NCBI RefSeq assembly: GCF_031769215.1
Contig: NW_026782491.1
Span: forward strand, 334,882-398,881
Source of the DNA: Ylistrum balloti
Taxonomy: Eukaryota
DNA: 64,000 bases
Direction of reading: 5' to 3'
The translations under genes and the position numbers were made by a program. The notes below the pieces were generated by a model. That model was not told where the DNA came from. It worked only from the letters and a program-made list of their open reading frames with translations, and did not search any database. Below, in pieces: positions 36,161-48,640 of this stretch. Position 1 is the stretch's first letter. Each line of letters starts with the position of its first letter.

Positions 36161-36376
36161 CTGTACATTAGATCCTGTTGCTAAAGCAGAGTTAGGTAGC
36201 CACAGTTGTCCATCCCAAAATCCCCACAGCAAAACCCCTTCAACTGCAGGGTGACTCATGAATAATGTCATCATATTTTCTAAAGCATTAGCCTTCAATG
36301 CTTCGTTAGCTTCATTTACCGTGAACTCGGTTATCCATATTGGGAGTCCTGCTTCTGCTATCTTGTCCAGTCGGTA
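36161..36376 (-). CDS. GH10 xylanase gene, exon 10: catalytic nucleophile region (YRLDKIAEAGLPIWITEFTV...GVLLWGFWDGQLW)
   Basis: ITEFTV corresponds to the GH10 nucleophile motif ITELD. WGFWD is the conserved C-terminal barrel motif. Confidence 0.8.
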
Positions 36377-37025
36377 CTGGACGTAACAGAGATAGCATAA
36401 AACAATAATTAAAATACATTATCAAACATTATGGTATATTAATATAATTAGATTATGACAACTTAGTAACGCGGGTCCAAGGTTTCTTAAAAATCGATTC
36501 TAGTGAAATGAGAACTGCATTTAAGTGAAATAAATCAAAACGTTTTAAACAGTTAAACTGATATCACGTATCAATAACGTCTTACCACTGTAAACGTACG
36601 AATGCTTATTGCTGCTAATTTGTGTGTGGCTTTAATTGTATGGCAAGTATGTCATTTTGCTGTTTTATTTTCTTCCTGTCTGCCACATTTTTATTATGTG
36701 TTATCATGTTTTGCCGAGGTCGTCAAGCTCCGCCAAACACTTTTAAAGAGTTTTCTTTAACGATATTACCTTTCATCACAAATCAGTCTAACCAGGAAAT
36801 GTATTCTACAAAAATGTAAAGATGTTGCGTTATTTGTCTATGTATTCTGAACTCAATATCAAGTGATTTCTTGTGAAACTAGGGTATGTCAGCTGTACTC
36901 TACCATCCTTCAATGACGAAGGGACAGTACAACTTTCTTTGCCAAACTTTAATGATGTAAGGGACAAGAAAATGTACACGACAAACCTTTTATGACGTAA
37001 GGGCAGATAAACGTACAATACTAAC

Positions 37026-37130
37026 CTTTAATGACGTAATATCCATGTGACTGTTTGTATGGCACTGAATGCCAATGCCATATAACGGGATTCCAGCGTT
37101 CTTCAGTTCCACAGCTTGTTGCTTGTATGC
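37026..37130 (-). CDS. GH10 exon 9 (AYKQQAVELKNAGIPLYGIGIQCHTNSHMDITSLK)
   Basis: Matches GH10 ...G.PIDG.G.Q.H. Confidence 0.8.
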
Positions 37131-37828
37131 CTAGTTATAAAGCAATCAGACTTATGATTTTATAAAAGTATGAAGACTGTTGAAATCTAAGATCGCTAAG
37201 GGATAATGTAGAAAAGATCCTTAGCAATTAAAATAAACCAATTGGTAGTCGTATCAAAATATGATGTCGGTTTTTTACAGATGTTTTTCAGTCAGTAAGA
37301 GGCATTACTTTGTTGATGAAGTCAACTGTACAAGAAAAAACATAAGTGCATAGTATCGTTCTATGAAAATTAAGCATTAAATACAGCGAAACGAAATAAT
37401 GAGTCAAAATGCACTTTACGTATGTTTCGTTCCCAAAGACTCATTAATGATGCTATGAGCCAGAAAGGTTGTAGTTACTGGGGTAAAATCAAAATGTGTT
37501 AAAACAATTTTCAACAGAGATGCAGAGACCCCATATTTCAGTTTGCATATCAAATATGAAGTGATTTCAAAACAAGGTCAAGTACAAATGCTTATTATGT
37601 ACCCTGCCCTAATTCAAATGAAGTAAACGTGAAATCCATGTTGATAATTATTTCCTATGTGGAAAAATGCTTGATGGCTATTAATGCAAATCTCCTTCAG
37701 AATTAACATAGTAGTAAAGACTGTTACAACCTACATGATAAGAAATATAGATGATAAAAATACAAAAATTGCAGCGACTTAAGAGATGAAATATGTTCAA
37801 TCACATTACATATTACAGTATTTCTTAC

Positions 37829-38000
37829 TGTGGTCATCTGACTTGAAGAGGCCACTGCGTATTCATTCAGAAACAGTTTCACTCCCGGCTCCGCCTGATG
37901 GATCCAGTTGAACATCTCCATACTTATGTTTGGGTGACCCGTATGCTGCTCAAAGTACATTCCGTGTAAATTTTCGTTGTATACATCCCAGTGCTCGAGA
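37829..38000 (-). CDS. GH10 exon 8: acid/base region (SLEHWDVYNENLHGMYFEQHTGHPNISMEMFNWIHQAEPGVKLFLNEYAV...)
   Basis: WDVYNE corresponds to the GH10 WDVVNE acid/base motif. Confidence 0.8.
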
Positions 38001-38290
38001 CTAACCGTGTGATATATACATCATGTAGATAAGTGTTGTATCCGAAAGTATATCAATTTGATGGTAAAGACATATAATTTCAAATTTGAATCAATTATTT
38101 GATTCTGAAACCATTATTTACTTTCGAAGTAACAAGATAGTATACCCTTAATGTAATACGCTTTCTGCAATAAATATAATACAAAAAAGTCGATTTAATA
38201 AGCCTTGACAAGTATGAATAATGTTTGTAATTCACTATATCACGTTGCAAAAAAGACGTGAAAATCACATTGTTCACATAAAATAAATAC

Positions 38291-38427
38291 CTTCCTCTAG
38301 TGCGTGATATGACATCATTAATATGTGTGTGCATAGCTTGTATCAGTGTTGATTGTCCCATTCCGTCAATCCAATCAGGATGTGTCCCGTGTGTCCCCCA
38401 AAACATGTTGTGTCCTCGGACCTTTAC
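38291..38427 (-). CDS. GH10 exon 7 (VKVRGHNMFWGTHGTHPDWIDGMGQSTLIQAMHTHINDVISRTRG)
   Basis: Carries the RGH..W....P.W GH10 motif. Its acceptor is ttatttgtag. The A-run at 38398-38404 reads 1 nt short of the ORF-track frame in my transcription (see notes). Confidence 0.65.
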
Positions 38428-38946
38428 ACTACAAATAAGTCGCTTAAGAAAATGATTTGAAATGTCTTTTTTATATCACTTAAATGTCAGCATGTCACAG
38501 CAGATTTCATATGCAAACCAAGAAAGCATTTCGGTAATATTACATATAATTTATGATGTGTTTTGGACCACTCTGCTGCAATCATGTTTAATGCAGAATA
38601 ACCTTCGCGATCATTTTCTTTGGAAATCTCCAGTCGAGTAAACCATTTATTCTTTTAATCATTAATTTGTGCTAACTAGAATCTTAGAAATTATGAATGT
38701 GAATTATCAGTGGTAAATTACAATTGATCATTGCAAGTATCTTCTGTTGCTTTAGCTTAAAGTGATCACTGATGCCAGTAATATTATCGAAATTGTGTTT
38801 CGTTCAAAGATAATAAAAAGAAATAAACCTCGCTTATTTACAATAAGTAATAGTGATTGCATTTTGAATTGAAATGACATATCGTCATTGTTTATTGTTC
38901 AAATTCTTTTCACGACTGAGATATTCAATAAAACTACAAATATTAC

Positions 38947-39002
38947 CCTTTCGCACGGAGGGCATTCACAGCTCTCATTGGTTTATCCAGATTTGGGTGA
39001 CC
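38947..39002 (-). CDS. GH10 exon 6 (GHPNLDKPMRAVNALRAKG)
   Basis: Homologous to GH10 ...ADRVVNFAQANGK preceding RGH. Confidence 0.55.
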
Positions 39003-39194
39003 CTGAAATGAAATATTTATTTGTAAATTAACAATATATATCTACCATATAGCCTATCGTTATATTTTCTATGCCATTTATATCTAAAAGTCAAAACATT
39101 TCTAAGCAGCGGTTTGAATGACAAAGGAATAGGATATCATAACCTGTTGATGAACACAAGATCGAGAAGTTGTATATTTGTATGTATTACTTGC

Positions 39195-39353
39195 CTGGCT
39201 CCATTCCATCTGTCGCCATTTAAGAGCGTTCTCCAGTACAGACCACTCAAAATTGTCGTAGAAAAATTGTTGGTATGCATGATACGACGAATCGACGATC
39301 TTGTTCGCTTCCACTACAGACCCAAATGCAAATTTGCTCTTCGTCTGTTGGAT
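39195..39353 (-). CDS. GH10 exon 5 (IQQTKSKFAFGSVVEANKIVDSSYHAYQQFFYDNFEWSVLENALKWRQMEWSQ), closed by a GC-AG intron
   Basis: ENALKW corresponds to GH10 ENEMKW. The donor is cag|GCAAGT, which matches the GC-AG intron consensus. Confidence 0.65.
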
Positions 39354-40265
39354 CTAAAAACAGAAAACGTTATGGACAAGTCTGTCTGACCGGTTAGTGG
39401 GTGTCTGTGGGAGAATGAGGTTTTAAACATATGGAAATAAAGATTTGGTTTCATATCAAATTGAACAACAGTGTTGCAATGAAGGTTGAACAAGTGTTAT
39501 TGTAATAAAGTTACCTCAACTTGGTAGCCAGACCCATGTATGTTGTGCAAACTGAAATATAATTATGAGTTTGGAGTATGATTTTGTTGACATGTTTGTA
39601 TTTTCTTGTTTTTATTTTACACCGAATGTTTTTCTGTGATAAAGCTATAATGCATGAGATTATTTTCAGATCTTTTTCATATAATTCGTTATGAAAAAAC
39701 AAACAAACAAAAAAACAAATCCTGGCCCAATAAAAAGTTATCGTTATAAGTAAAATTTTATAATGAATTTTTCAAAACATACTTTTAAAATCAAATGCAA
39801 GAATACTTCCTTTATGTCATGTAGGTCTCGTTTCTCTCTGATTTTGGAATGCAATAGTATACAACCATCATTTGAACTTTGCAAATGAAACCTATTTTAT
39901 TTCTTTTATCTCAATGTCATCCAATGTGTCCTTTTTCAACTCATCAGTTCATAGACAAACATTCAAGAAATAGTCGTGAACAATCTCTATGAATAAGATA
40001 ATATACTCGTGTCCAGGTAAACGTGGATCTATATCACATATCTCTGATATGGCTGCCTTGCTGGTGGCAGGTTTTGCATCTATTTTTATTACCAGACGTG
40101 TTATCATCGAGGATATTAGTGTTCTGATATATGTAAAAGATAGATATGTACAAACAAATACCTGTTATAACAATTGTAAAAAGATGAAATTAGAAACATA
40201 GTGATTCCGCGAGACTCTTATAACAGAATATTTTTACGGATATATTCTAGCACTATCGCATAGAC

Positions 40266-40426
40266 ATACTTGATTGTGATTGGAGCTTTTCTTATATTGT
40301 TTATTCTAGCGTTGGCCTCAGATTTCCAGTTTGCATCATATGGTAGAAGTTTGAAACTTGCAGAATCGACGAGATAGTTCACTTCCGGTTCAGCGATTTG
40401 AATATATAAGTAAATCTGATGAAGAT
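40266..40426 (-). CDS. GH10 gene exon 4: linker and start of catalytic domain (NLHQIYLYIQIAEPEVNYLVDSASFKLLPYDANWKSEANARINNIRKAPITIKY)
   Basis: The splice phase is consistent with exons 3 and 5. Confidence 0.55.
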
Positions 40427-40594
40427 CTGAAAACAAGGTAAGGAAAATATATACAATAAGTAGAAACTAGTTCTGTCAGTCTTTACGTTAATTAGAGATA
40501 TGAAATGAAACCTGTATACAAAAGACAAAAATATTCACATACATTACATTTATTTTGAAATGATGTTTTAGAAATACACAATATAATCACTTAC

Positions 40595-40687
40595 TGTTTG
40601 GAATTTTCAAGTCAAAACCAACGTTTACCCAACCGTTATCTGTCCGCACCTTAGGGCTATCACCAAAGTCGTGGTACTGGTCATGGC
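40595..40687 (-). CDS. GH10 gene exon 3 (GHDQYHDFGDSPKVRTDNGWVNVGFDLKIPN)
   Basis: Phase-consistent with its neighbours. Donor is gtaagt. Confidence 0.55.
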
Positions 40688-41043
40688 CTGCAACATTAAA
40701 GTAAGAAAATCATCAGTATTTCAAGTAAAAGATCTCCATGTGGATAAGTACTGAAAACAAAGAGATAAGAAATAATACAAGTTTACTGATGGCCGACGCA
40801 TTACAGTAAAAAGATTAGTTCTAGTTAAAGATAAGATATGAGATTGATATAAGTGAAAGTGTAGAAACATGACCAATCAGTTACTTGCAAGGTAATTTTG
40901 AGACTGAATTCTTAAATTGTCGGCTCTAAAACAAATTTGTATCCAGTTGCAAATAATAAGTCAATTATAGAGGATAATTCATCTTGTCATTGATACGCAA
41001 CGCTTCTATCAAACGATTAACAAATATTGCTATTTATAGTTAC

Positions 41044-41189
41044 CATTGATCGTCTCCTTTACCATGACCTCGACCTTATGGAACATGTGACCTTGTGCCA
41101 TGTTAAGCAGTTTGACATGTGCACTAAAGACATACCTTTGACCAGGTAACACGTTAATGGTCTGGGCTATTCCAGACCAGCTGTGTTGT
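41044..41189 (-). CDS. GH10 gene exon 2: CBM4_9-like carbohydrate-binding module (RQHSWSGIAQTINVLPGQRYVFSAHVKLLNMAQGHMFHKVEVMVKETING)
   Basis: Shows the pattern GW...G......V.L.PG..Y..SAWVK typical of CBM4/9/22 modules fused to xylanases. Confidence 0.6.
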
Positions 41190-41563
41190 CTGGAACATAT
41201 ACCAGCAAATTTGACAGCAATTAACACTCCAACATTTAAATATGATCATGATCAAATTTCTAGAATTTCCGTATCTAAATATAAATGTATATGAGTACAT
41301 TATCCTAGCCTCACAATGGGGATATTGTCGCTTAAAGCATATATGTATGTTTCTGTGAATTATTCCTATAATATAACCTTTGCAGGAACGTAACATACTG
41401 TTTAACGATTGACTAAATATTTGTGGCTTTTTTTGAACAGATGTGCCCATTTAAACATTAATTATATAGTTAGAAAATATGAAATTATGAAGAAACTACT
41501 AAAATAATTTGAAATTTGACTAAAATTATAAAATATCAATTAATAAAAATAAAATATTTATAC

Positions 41564-41742
41564 CTGTTTGTTATTTTAGCACTATGGTGCCCATGATAGC
41601 TGGAAGTGCTTCTTGACAAAGTGCATGCTTGGCAAACCCAGTTTCCGGAAAATGATATGCTCTCAAAATCCGGATTTTTCAGAAGCTCTGTATCACCATA
41701 GATCAAAACGACAAACGGAAGCAGAAAGAAGAGTACGTCCAT
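41564..41742 (-). CDS. GH10 gene exon 1: signal peptide + start of CBM (MDVLFFLLPFVVLIYG DTELLKNPDFESISFSGNWVCQAC...)
   Basis: ATG at 41742-41740 on the - strand, then a hydrophobic h-region and a YG cleavage-like site. Donor is aacag|gtataa. Confidence 0.65.
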
Positions 41743-44700
41743 GCTTGCTTGTTGTCCTGATAACACTAGTGGACGCAGAATGTGTCCGGATCACAATACT
41801 ATTGAATCAAATAGGAGGAATCATATCAGTTATCTTATCTTAGAGTTCATACAATGTTTCACATATCCATGTACATAGAGCCATGGTTGACATAAAAGTA
41901 GATTATTTCTACGTAAAAGTGGGTATTATTTCATTAGTTTTTAAAACGATTTCGTTTTATTCAGTCTTTTAAAACAATCAGCAACTTTTGACAACACTCT
42001 ATCCGTTTTTATCTTGCTCGTATCCTCCTCTTGTACTGAGATGGTCGTCTTTATAGATCGTCAAAGAGATGAACTCGGTATACGTGTACTGAGAACGTAA
42101 AACATGTAACAAACCAAACAACCACCATGGACTCGACTTCCTTTAAAACGGAAAGTTAATAATATATCTGAAAGTGATATTAAACAACTTTGCAAGGTCT
42201 TTGTAACCTATTTTGATAAGCAAGATAAAACAAGTCAGTCAACAGGAGTGGGACAGATATCTCCCTTGTGTATGCCAGTGGTATCTTGGAAGATCATACC
42301 ACCTAATTAGAAATACATACTTATTGTTGACAAAACTTAAAAAACAAACACTCGTTATGGGATTTGTTGGTTTATATAAGGTATTTTTGTGCAGGGTATT
42401 AACGTAGCATGTGGCTACCGCACAGAACAACATGCAGAAACCGATCTACACTATTCTATACCGATCGTGTTTCGAGAAACACAAACCGACCATGGCTAGG
42501 ATCAAATCACACCTCACATCTTCAACGGAAGTGTAAAAATCCAACGATGTAGACCTCTCGGGGCTTCGACATATTGTTGATAGCTTTACAGAATACTGTC
42601 TTGGAGCGCAAAATGCCAAATATTTTTGTAAAGTCTAATCATTTCTGAAGGACGAATTCGCATATTAGGATTTACAGTTGTAGTTTTGACTGACATCAGT
42701 CATGACTTTTAAAATGATTAGTCATTTGAAATATGATTGGCTCGGTCTGTTAATCACATTGCAATTTTTCACTTAAGCTGATTAACAGAGAATAACTGCT
42801 CGCTACATGATATAGTTTAATTCAGTATTTGTATCTTCTGTGTCTAATTCTTAATTTGAATATAAATGGTGATATTTACTTGTTTGTCTTTTCTACAATC
42901 GTTTCAATAATTATGATCCTTAGCATCATCACTTGTCAAATACCCTGGTCAAGTGATAAATAAGCGGTTTGAAACACCACATACTCGCCTTTTCTGAGTG
43001 ACCAACGTCGTAATTGGTTTTCTTTTTGCCTGATAGCGACTAGTCTTTGTGACCATCATATACCTTTCGCTGGTCTGTGTGACCAACTCATATCTTTTAT
43101 TGGACTGTGTGGCCAATAGGAAATGTCTAATGATTGGAAGAGATGATGTTGGACGAGAGCACCTGTGAGTTCCAGGTTCTATATATACGTACCATGCCAT
43201 ACGTGATGATGCGTTAAGCCCATCGGAAGTTGCAATTATTTTTTTGCGTACTTTTAGTGTTTACAAATTCATTTATCTAATTGTATCATTAGTCACTTAT
43301 CGAGTGATAGAAGGAAAAGAGAGAACCATCTCGCATGTGTGTTTTGTTAAGTTAATGTGTAGACTGTAATTATGACGTATTGTAAATAAATTGTATATTT
43401 TAAGGGTAAACTGTCAAGCAATCTCGGTCGGTTCTCTGTACACTGATCAGTCTTAAAAGGACGTAACAACTGTATGGTGCGGATTAATTCATTCTTTATA
43501 TTCTTGGTTTTGAAAGTTTGCCTTTCTTTATTTCGGAACATTTCCTTCAGGCTGCTAATGCCAATATAACATAACAAGTAGAAGATCAGAGATTGACGTT
43601 TCGATGAGTATATGGTCACCTTCATCATTATCGTACAACCGAAAAAGTTGATCGATCCTTACCATCTGGTACACTACGTAAGACAGTGCTAGTATGCTCA
43701 ACATTGGTCATTTGTCTGATGAAGCTGACCATGTAATCATCGAAACAACAACTCCTGACCTTTTTTCGATAGCTTAAGTTCATGTTTATGTTCATTTTTA
43801 TGTTCAACTTCATATAAAGCTTCAATTCAATTAACATATCAGTATTGAAAAAAAGTAATGTAAAACGACACAGCTAATTTAACAAAACAAGGAAAACGTT
43901 AGGAGATTGAACACAAAGGAAAAGTCTCGATCACTTTACATGACGTAATTTTCCAACAATGTCAAAAAGTATGTTAATAAAAAACATTTATCCTGCTCTC
44001 TTCACCTTCTCTTCTGAAAGTAAAATATGGTTGCACCAATGATTTATCACTTCATTACAAATAACAAAAGCGAAGAAATCGTACCAAATACAGCATTTAT
44101 TTAGATTGTTTGAATGTCTGTATAACAGGTGAAATATGATGTGCTGCTGTCAATCACTCAGCTTCTGGATCAATCTAAGTGGCCTTGTCGTCTAGTGGGT
44201 ATATTAGTAGGACGCAATGCTTTTTTGTAATTGTATAAAGTTTGTGAGGATTCTGTCTGATTATTTATTAAACATGTATACGTTCTTTATGTTCTACATC
44301 TACAGTTATTACCTGGGCTTTGATAGTAACTTTTGTAAAATCTAAATTGTTTTGCAAATGAAGACATTTTTATCGTTTGAGTTATTTTTGTTTTTCAATT
44401 TTCAATTTACAATTTACAGACATAGCTATAAAACAGTGATAATTGTATATGATTAATTATAATAATTAATAATATTTGCTTTTATTCCCCTGTAGTATAA
44501 TAAATATATATATATAATCATTTCCTCTTAGGGCTGATCCAGTGATAGACTGTTACACATTACAAAAGTACACTCTCTATCCGCAGCATTCCATCTTATC
44601 TCATATACGACCGTTATATTATTTGTAGTTCTTCATTTTCACAGGAATTTCATTTAGTCAATATCGCTCGAAACATTCCCATTACTTTCAATGAATTATA

Positions 44701-45806
44701 ATTGAAAGATGAAGAATCAAACGAACTTGTTACTCAAGTATCGAAGATATTCTTCCCAGCACCATTCATTAACATTTTAGTTACATAAACTTCGTTCAAT
44801 GGTTTAAAGCTCAGTATTTCTACAAGAATGATTCTGTTATCATGTTAATATTCATCTTGGATAATCCAACGAACAAAATATTTATTTTGAAGTATTACAT
44901 TTATGTAAAGTATATGAACTTATTTCTTTTTTATTTGACGGTACTCTTTAATCCTTTGTTCTATAAAGACAGTGGGCATGGACACAAATGGTTTATTTTG
45001 CCATTTCTCAATTTGTTTATAGATGAAGAATGAAAATAATAAGCATACAAACTCATATTCTGGTTAATTGGAGTAAAATATTCTTATTTTTGTTTCCGAA
45101 AGATATAGAAAAAATAATAAAAGTACAATTGCTCTTTACAGCAGTTTTTCAACGTTTAACATTGAAGAAACATGTTATAATCATTACATTAGACGAAATT
45201 TCTACTTTCAGAAAACGAGTTCTGTCAAAGAAACGTTTTCTGTTCAATGGGAGTATCTTCATACTCCTCAGACTCGTCTGAGTAAGAAACGGCCTTCACA
45301 AGAACATTCGGGTCCTCCTTAGAGCTGTAAACAGATTACAACCACTATATAATGAAGCATTAACATAAATTAACTTTTTAATAACAAATTTATTTCATAT
45401 TTGATACATTTACATACCTTTAATGATGATTTCGTGTAAATTTAATACCACCATGACATCATGACAAATTAAAAAAGCTTTTAATGTTGGAACTATAATC
45501 TTGGATTTGTCTATTTTTCAGACGTACATATGAGGATTCGTTCACATGATCATAAAAAATCCTATGTAGGCCCTACACGCATTTTCATGCTCAAATTTGC
45601 AACATCTAAGAATGTAAAGGCCGAAGATTTTGGAACATTTTCCATAATAGTCGACAGGGAAAACAACCTTTCAGACGGTTGGTTAAGGAAGCCATCTGGA
45701 TACGCCGCAGCCGGCCAGTACTTAATAGGGACGAGGAGTTGGGGGAGGGGGTCACAGACTCTCGCACATCTATGACCCAGTGTTCAACAAAACGTAGCTG
45801 AATAGA

Positions 45807-45944
45807 GAATACATGGTCAGTATCGTACAATACAAGGTTTATTTTTGACGAGGGTTAGAAAAGACTGAGAAAGGCTCGCCATCTCAGTCTTTTCGTTCCG
45901 AGTCAAAAATAAACCTTGTATTGTACGATACTGACCATGTATTC
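45807..45944. repeat. 138-bp perfect palindrome (43-bp arms) with a nested 11-bp-stem hairpin at its centre
   Basis: The left arm gaatacatggtcagtatcgtacaatacaaggtttatttttgac is the exact reverse complement of the right arm. The centre carries aaaagactgag...ctcagtctttt. Confidence 0.85.
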
Positions 45945-46959
45945 TGTTTATCCTGCAACCATTTTTTTTACAATGTTTACATAAAACGAGTACAGCGCAA
46001 TATTGTTTACCTTTGCTTGTACTGAAGCGGCGCCCTCACTTCGTCGCGTAAGAAGATTTCCATTCATAAAAATGCGCAATGAAATATAGTTCTGTTCGTT
46101 GTTATGACCTCAAATCATATTAAAACCCATTTGTGTATGAAAACATCACACAAATACAATTCATTTTCTGTAATTAACCGTTTAATACCATAACAGATAT
46201 CATGAATCAATCAATAAAAAAGTTCAAATTTTTCAAAAATTACACACGTATGTAACAGTAAGATGTCACCGAAGACATGTGTAGCTTGACAGCCGTAGGA
46301 AATGTTAGATTCACGGGAACTGGATAATCGTCAGAGATTCTGAAATGTTTATTCACATTGGATTACTGTTGTTTGTGTAAATGTTCAATTGGTTTATGTG
46401 GAGAGTTGCACCGTAAAAGATGGAATTCAATTGCGAGTTTTCTTGTGTAACATTGTTACTGCACGTTAGTCAACTTGAAAATAGTCCGGTGAAAATCGGA
46501 ACAACTTCACGTGAATCGTATTGACGGATAAAGCACTTTGTACTGACGGATAAAGGTACTGGTTTATCTGGCAGTAGTTATCGGCTGATACACGAAGCGG
46601 TTGCAGGATAAATTGACAGTGCATTGTCACTATCTGGTGTATTTTTTAGTCTATAATCTGTTTACCATCTCGTCACACTATTTTCGACCTTAGTGTACAT
46701 AGGATTATAGTGCAGCCGAAAAATGGTCGATTCTGTACTATCTCGTACACTACGCATGTCAGTGCTAGTACGCTCGATAACATCTAAAATCTTACCGGCT
46801 TGTCTATTATAAAATAAATATAAGCCAGTGAAGCACGCGGGCCCTGCTAAGAATCGATATTTCTGATTGGTTATTGTGAAAACAGAAATCCATTGTTATT
46901 GTTGTTCCGCTTTCGCTTATATGTATTTTGATTTGTGCAAGAGATATCAGATACAGTTT

Positions 46960-47125
46960 TTAAAATACATACGTTCCAAATCTTGCCCCTTCATCTATTG
47001 TGTCTGGTAGTCGTTTGTTTACAGTCTCTGGTAGGAACAGTGTAAAAAAGGCCGGCTGTGACACTGATACAGCCAAAGATCACCAGAGGAAGTGCTTGAC
47101 CGTAATGGCTGCCCACCAAAGTGCC
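46960..47125 (-). CDS. SLC22-like transporter gene, terminal exon (GTLVGSHYGQALPLVIFGCISVTAGLFTLFLPETVNKRLPDTIDEGARFGTYVF, stop)
   Basis: Matches the SLC22 last TM and C-terminus LPL.IFG.......L..LLPET.G..LP.T. The acceptor is cccag. Confidence 0.7.
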
Positions 47126-48485
47126 CTGGGAGTGGAAGAAAAAACAGAACAAATAATCACATCTGTAGAATATAGGCTAAAGTATGTTAAATGGTTAACC
47201 GTCGCATTTCGCACATATCGTATGACGGAATATCGATATTTTCTGGAATAAATTGATATTATATCCATGAGGATACTATATGTTTCAATATTTATAATAT
47301 TTTTTAGTAAAAAATTAGAAAAATTCTTTATTTGCCACCGTTAAAAGGAATATTTCAGTTCTTTTTATGTAGACGACATGTAAATACATTGGGGATCCAT
47401 ATTATTAAAACTGAAAGAATAATCTATTAAGCTCTTACCAGTGTGACATTTGTACATGGAAATCTTGCATGTTATCGACTACGATCTACGGGAGACAACT
47501 CCGTCGATCATGAGAAGGTCTTACGGATTTGCTACATACATATCTTTTCATGAAAAACATGACGAAAGGCAGTTTCCAGTTACCGGCTGGTATATAATTA
47601 ATTGTCCTACTTTTTATTTGAGAAACATTTTTGCTATCTCTATTATCTCTAACTCTGTAAAATGTCTGACATTGTTAAATACTCATTAATCAATTTCTTC
47701 CTACTTACTAGCATATTAATCACTTCAAACAGACTGAATCAATGAGCACAAATAATATTCATATATACAGATGAAGCCATGCCCTTTCACTTTTAATTGA
47801 AGGAAAGAACCAATATCTGACTGGTGAAATCAAAATTCTCTTCTGTTTAATTTGAAGAGTTCTAATTAATTGTTAAACGAAAATAATCATTGTATGGTAT
47901 ATTTCATTGAATTTAATTGAATTGATGTGCATCAATTATGGCGTGAAAAATACTATTGCTATTGCTTTGACAAGCAATAGATATCATACGTCAAAAAACT
48001 TTTGTTTAATATTTAACCATCCTGTTTCTTTGGTTTGAAGGGGAACACAAGTAAACAAGAGGTGGGGGAGCAAGGGGAATCGGCAAAACTCATTCTCGGC
48101 CCACATCGGCTGTCAAGCTTATCACTATACCATGACACTGACAGAGTGAAAAGAAGGGAAGTAACTCTGGAAGATCAGAATGACAAAACCATTAATGCTT
48201 CAGACTAAATTGTGACAGAATCTTACCATTCCTACATTAGAATGATTTGAAGAATTTGTTATTTTCTATGTAATGGGTCCTCCCCGGAATGCCGACACAA
48301 CACGTATCAGACATTACCAAAACCGAATAATTCCTACAGGAGGAGTAGTATTTTTTAAGGAATTGCACTATTTTCCCCATTGGGTCTTTTGGACCAGATG
48401 AGCTAACAAGGCTTAATTTGATTACGATCACATTACGGTTGTTACGCTATCAGTACGTTTTTATGCTTTGTGTTTGATAACTTAC

Positions 48486-48640
48486 CAATTTCACAATATA
48501 TGGTGCCGACATGCCACCGATACGTGCCACACACGAGCTAGCACCCATCCCGCCTGTGCGAACCACTGTCGGGAACAACTCATTAGAGAAAATGTATATA
48601 ACTGCAAAGGCTCCCGTGGGTGCTAACTTCCCGATACAGT
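48486..48640 (-). CDS. SLC22-like transporter gene exon (DCIGKLAPTGAFAVIYIFSNELFPTVVRTGGMGASSCVARIGGMSAPYIVKL)
   Basis: Strong match to the SLC22/OCT signature ...ELYPT.VRN.G.G..S...R.GG...P.... Flanked by cag and gtaagt. Confidence 0.8.

Noticed and set aside
38398-38406. Apparent frameshift in GH10 exon 7 at an A-run
   Set aside because: The ORF track translates MFW (needs TTTT on the - strand) and keeps VKVRGHNMFWGTH in one frame. My base-by-base reading of the printed line gives one fewer A. I treat this as a transcription or formatting ambiguity, not a biological lesion. Exon coordinates in that exon may be off by 1.
44165-44215. tRNA 5'-half-like string ggccttgtcgtctagtgggtat
   Set aside because: There is no matching anticodon or T arm downstream. 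It is a fragment or a chance resemblance.
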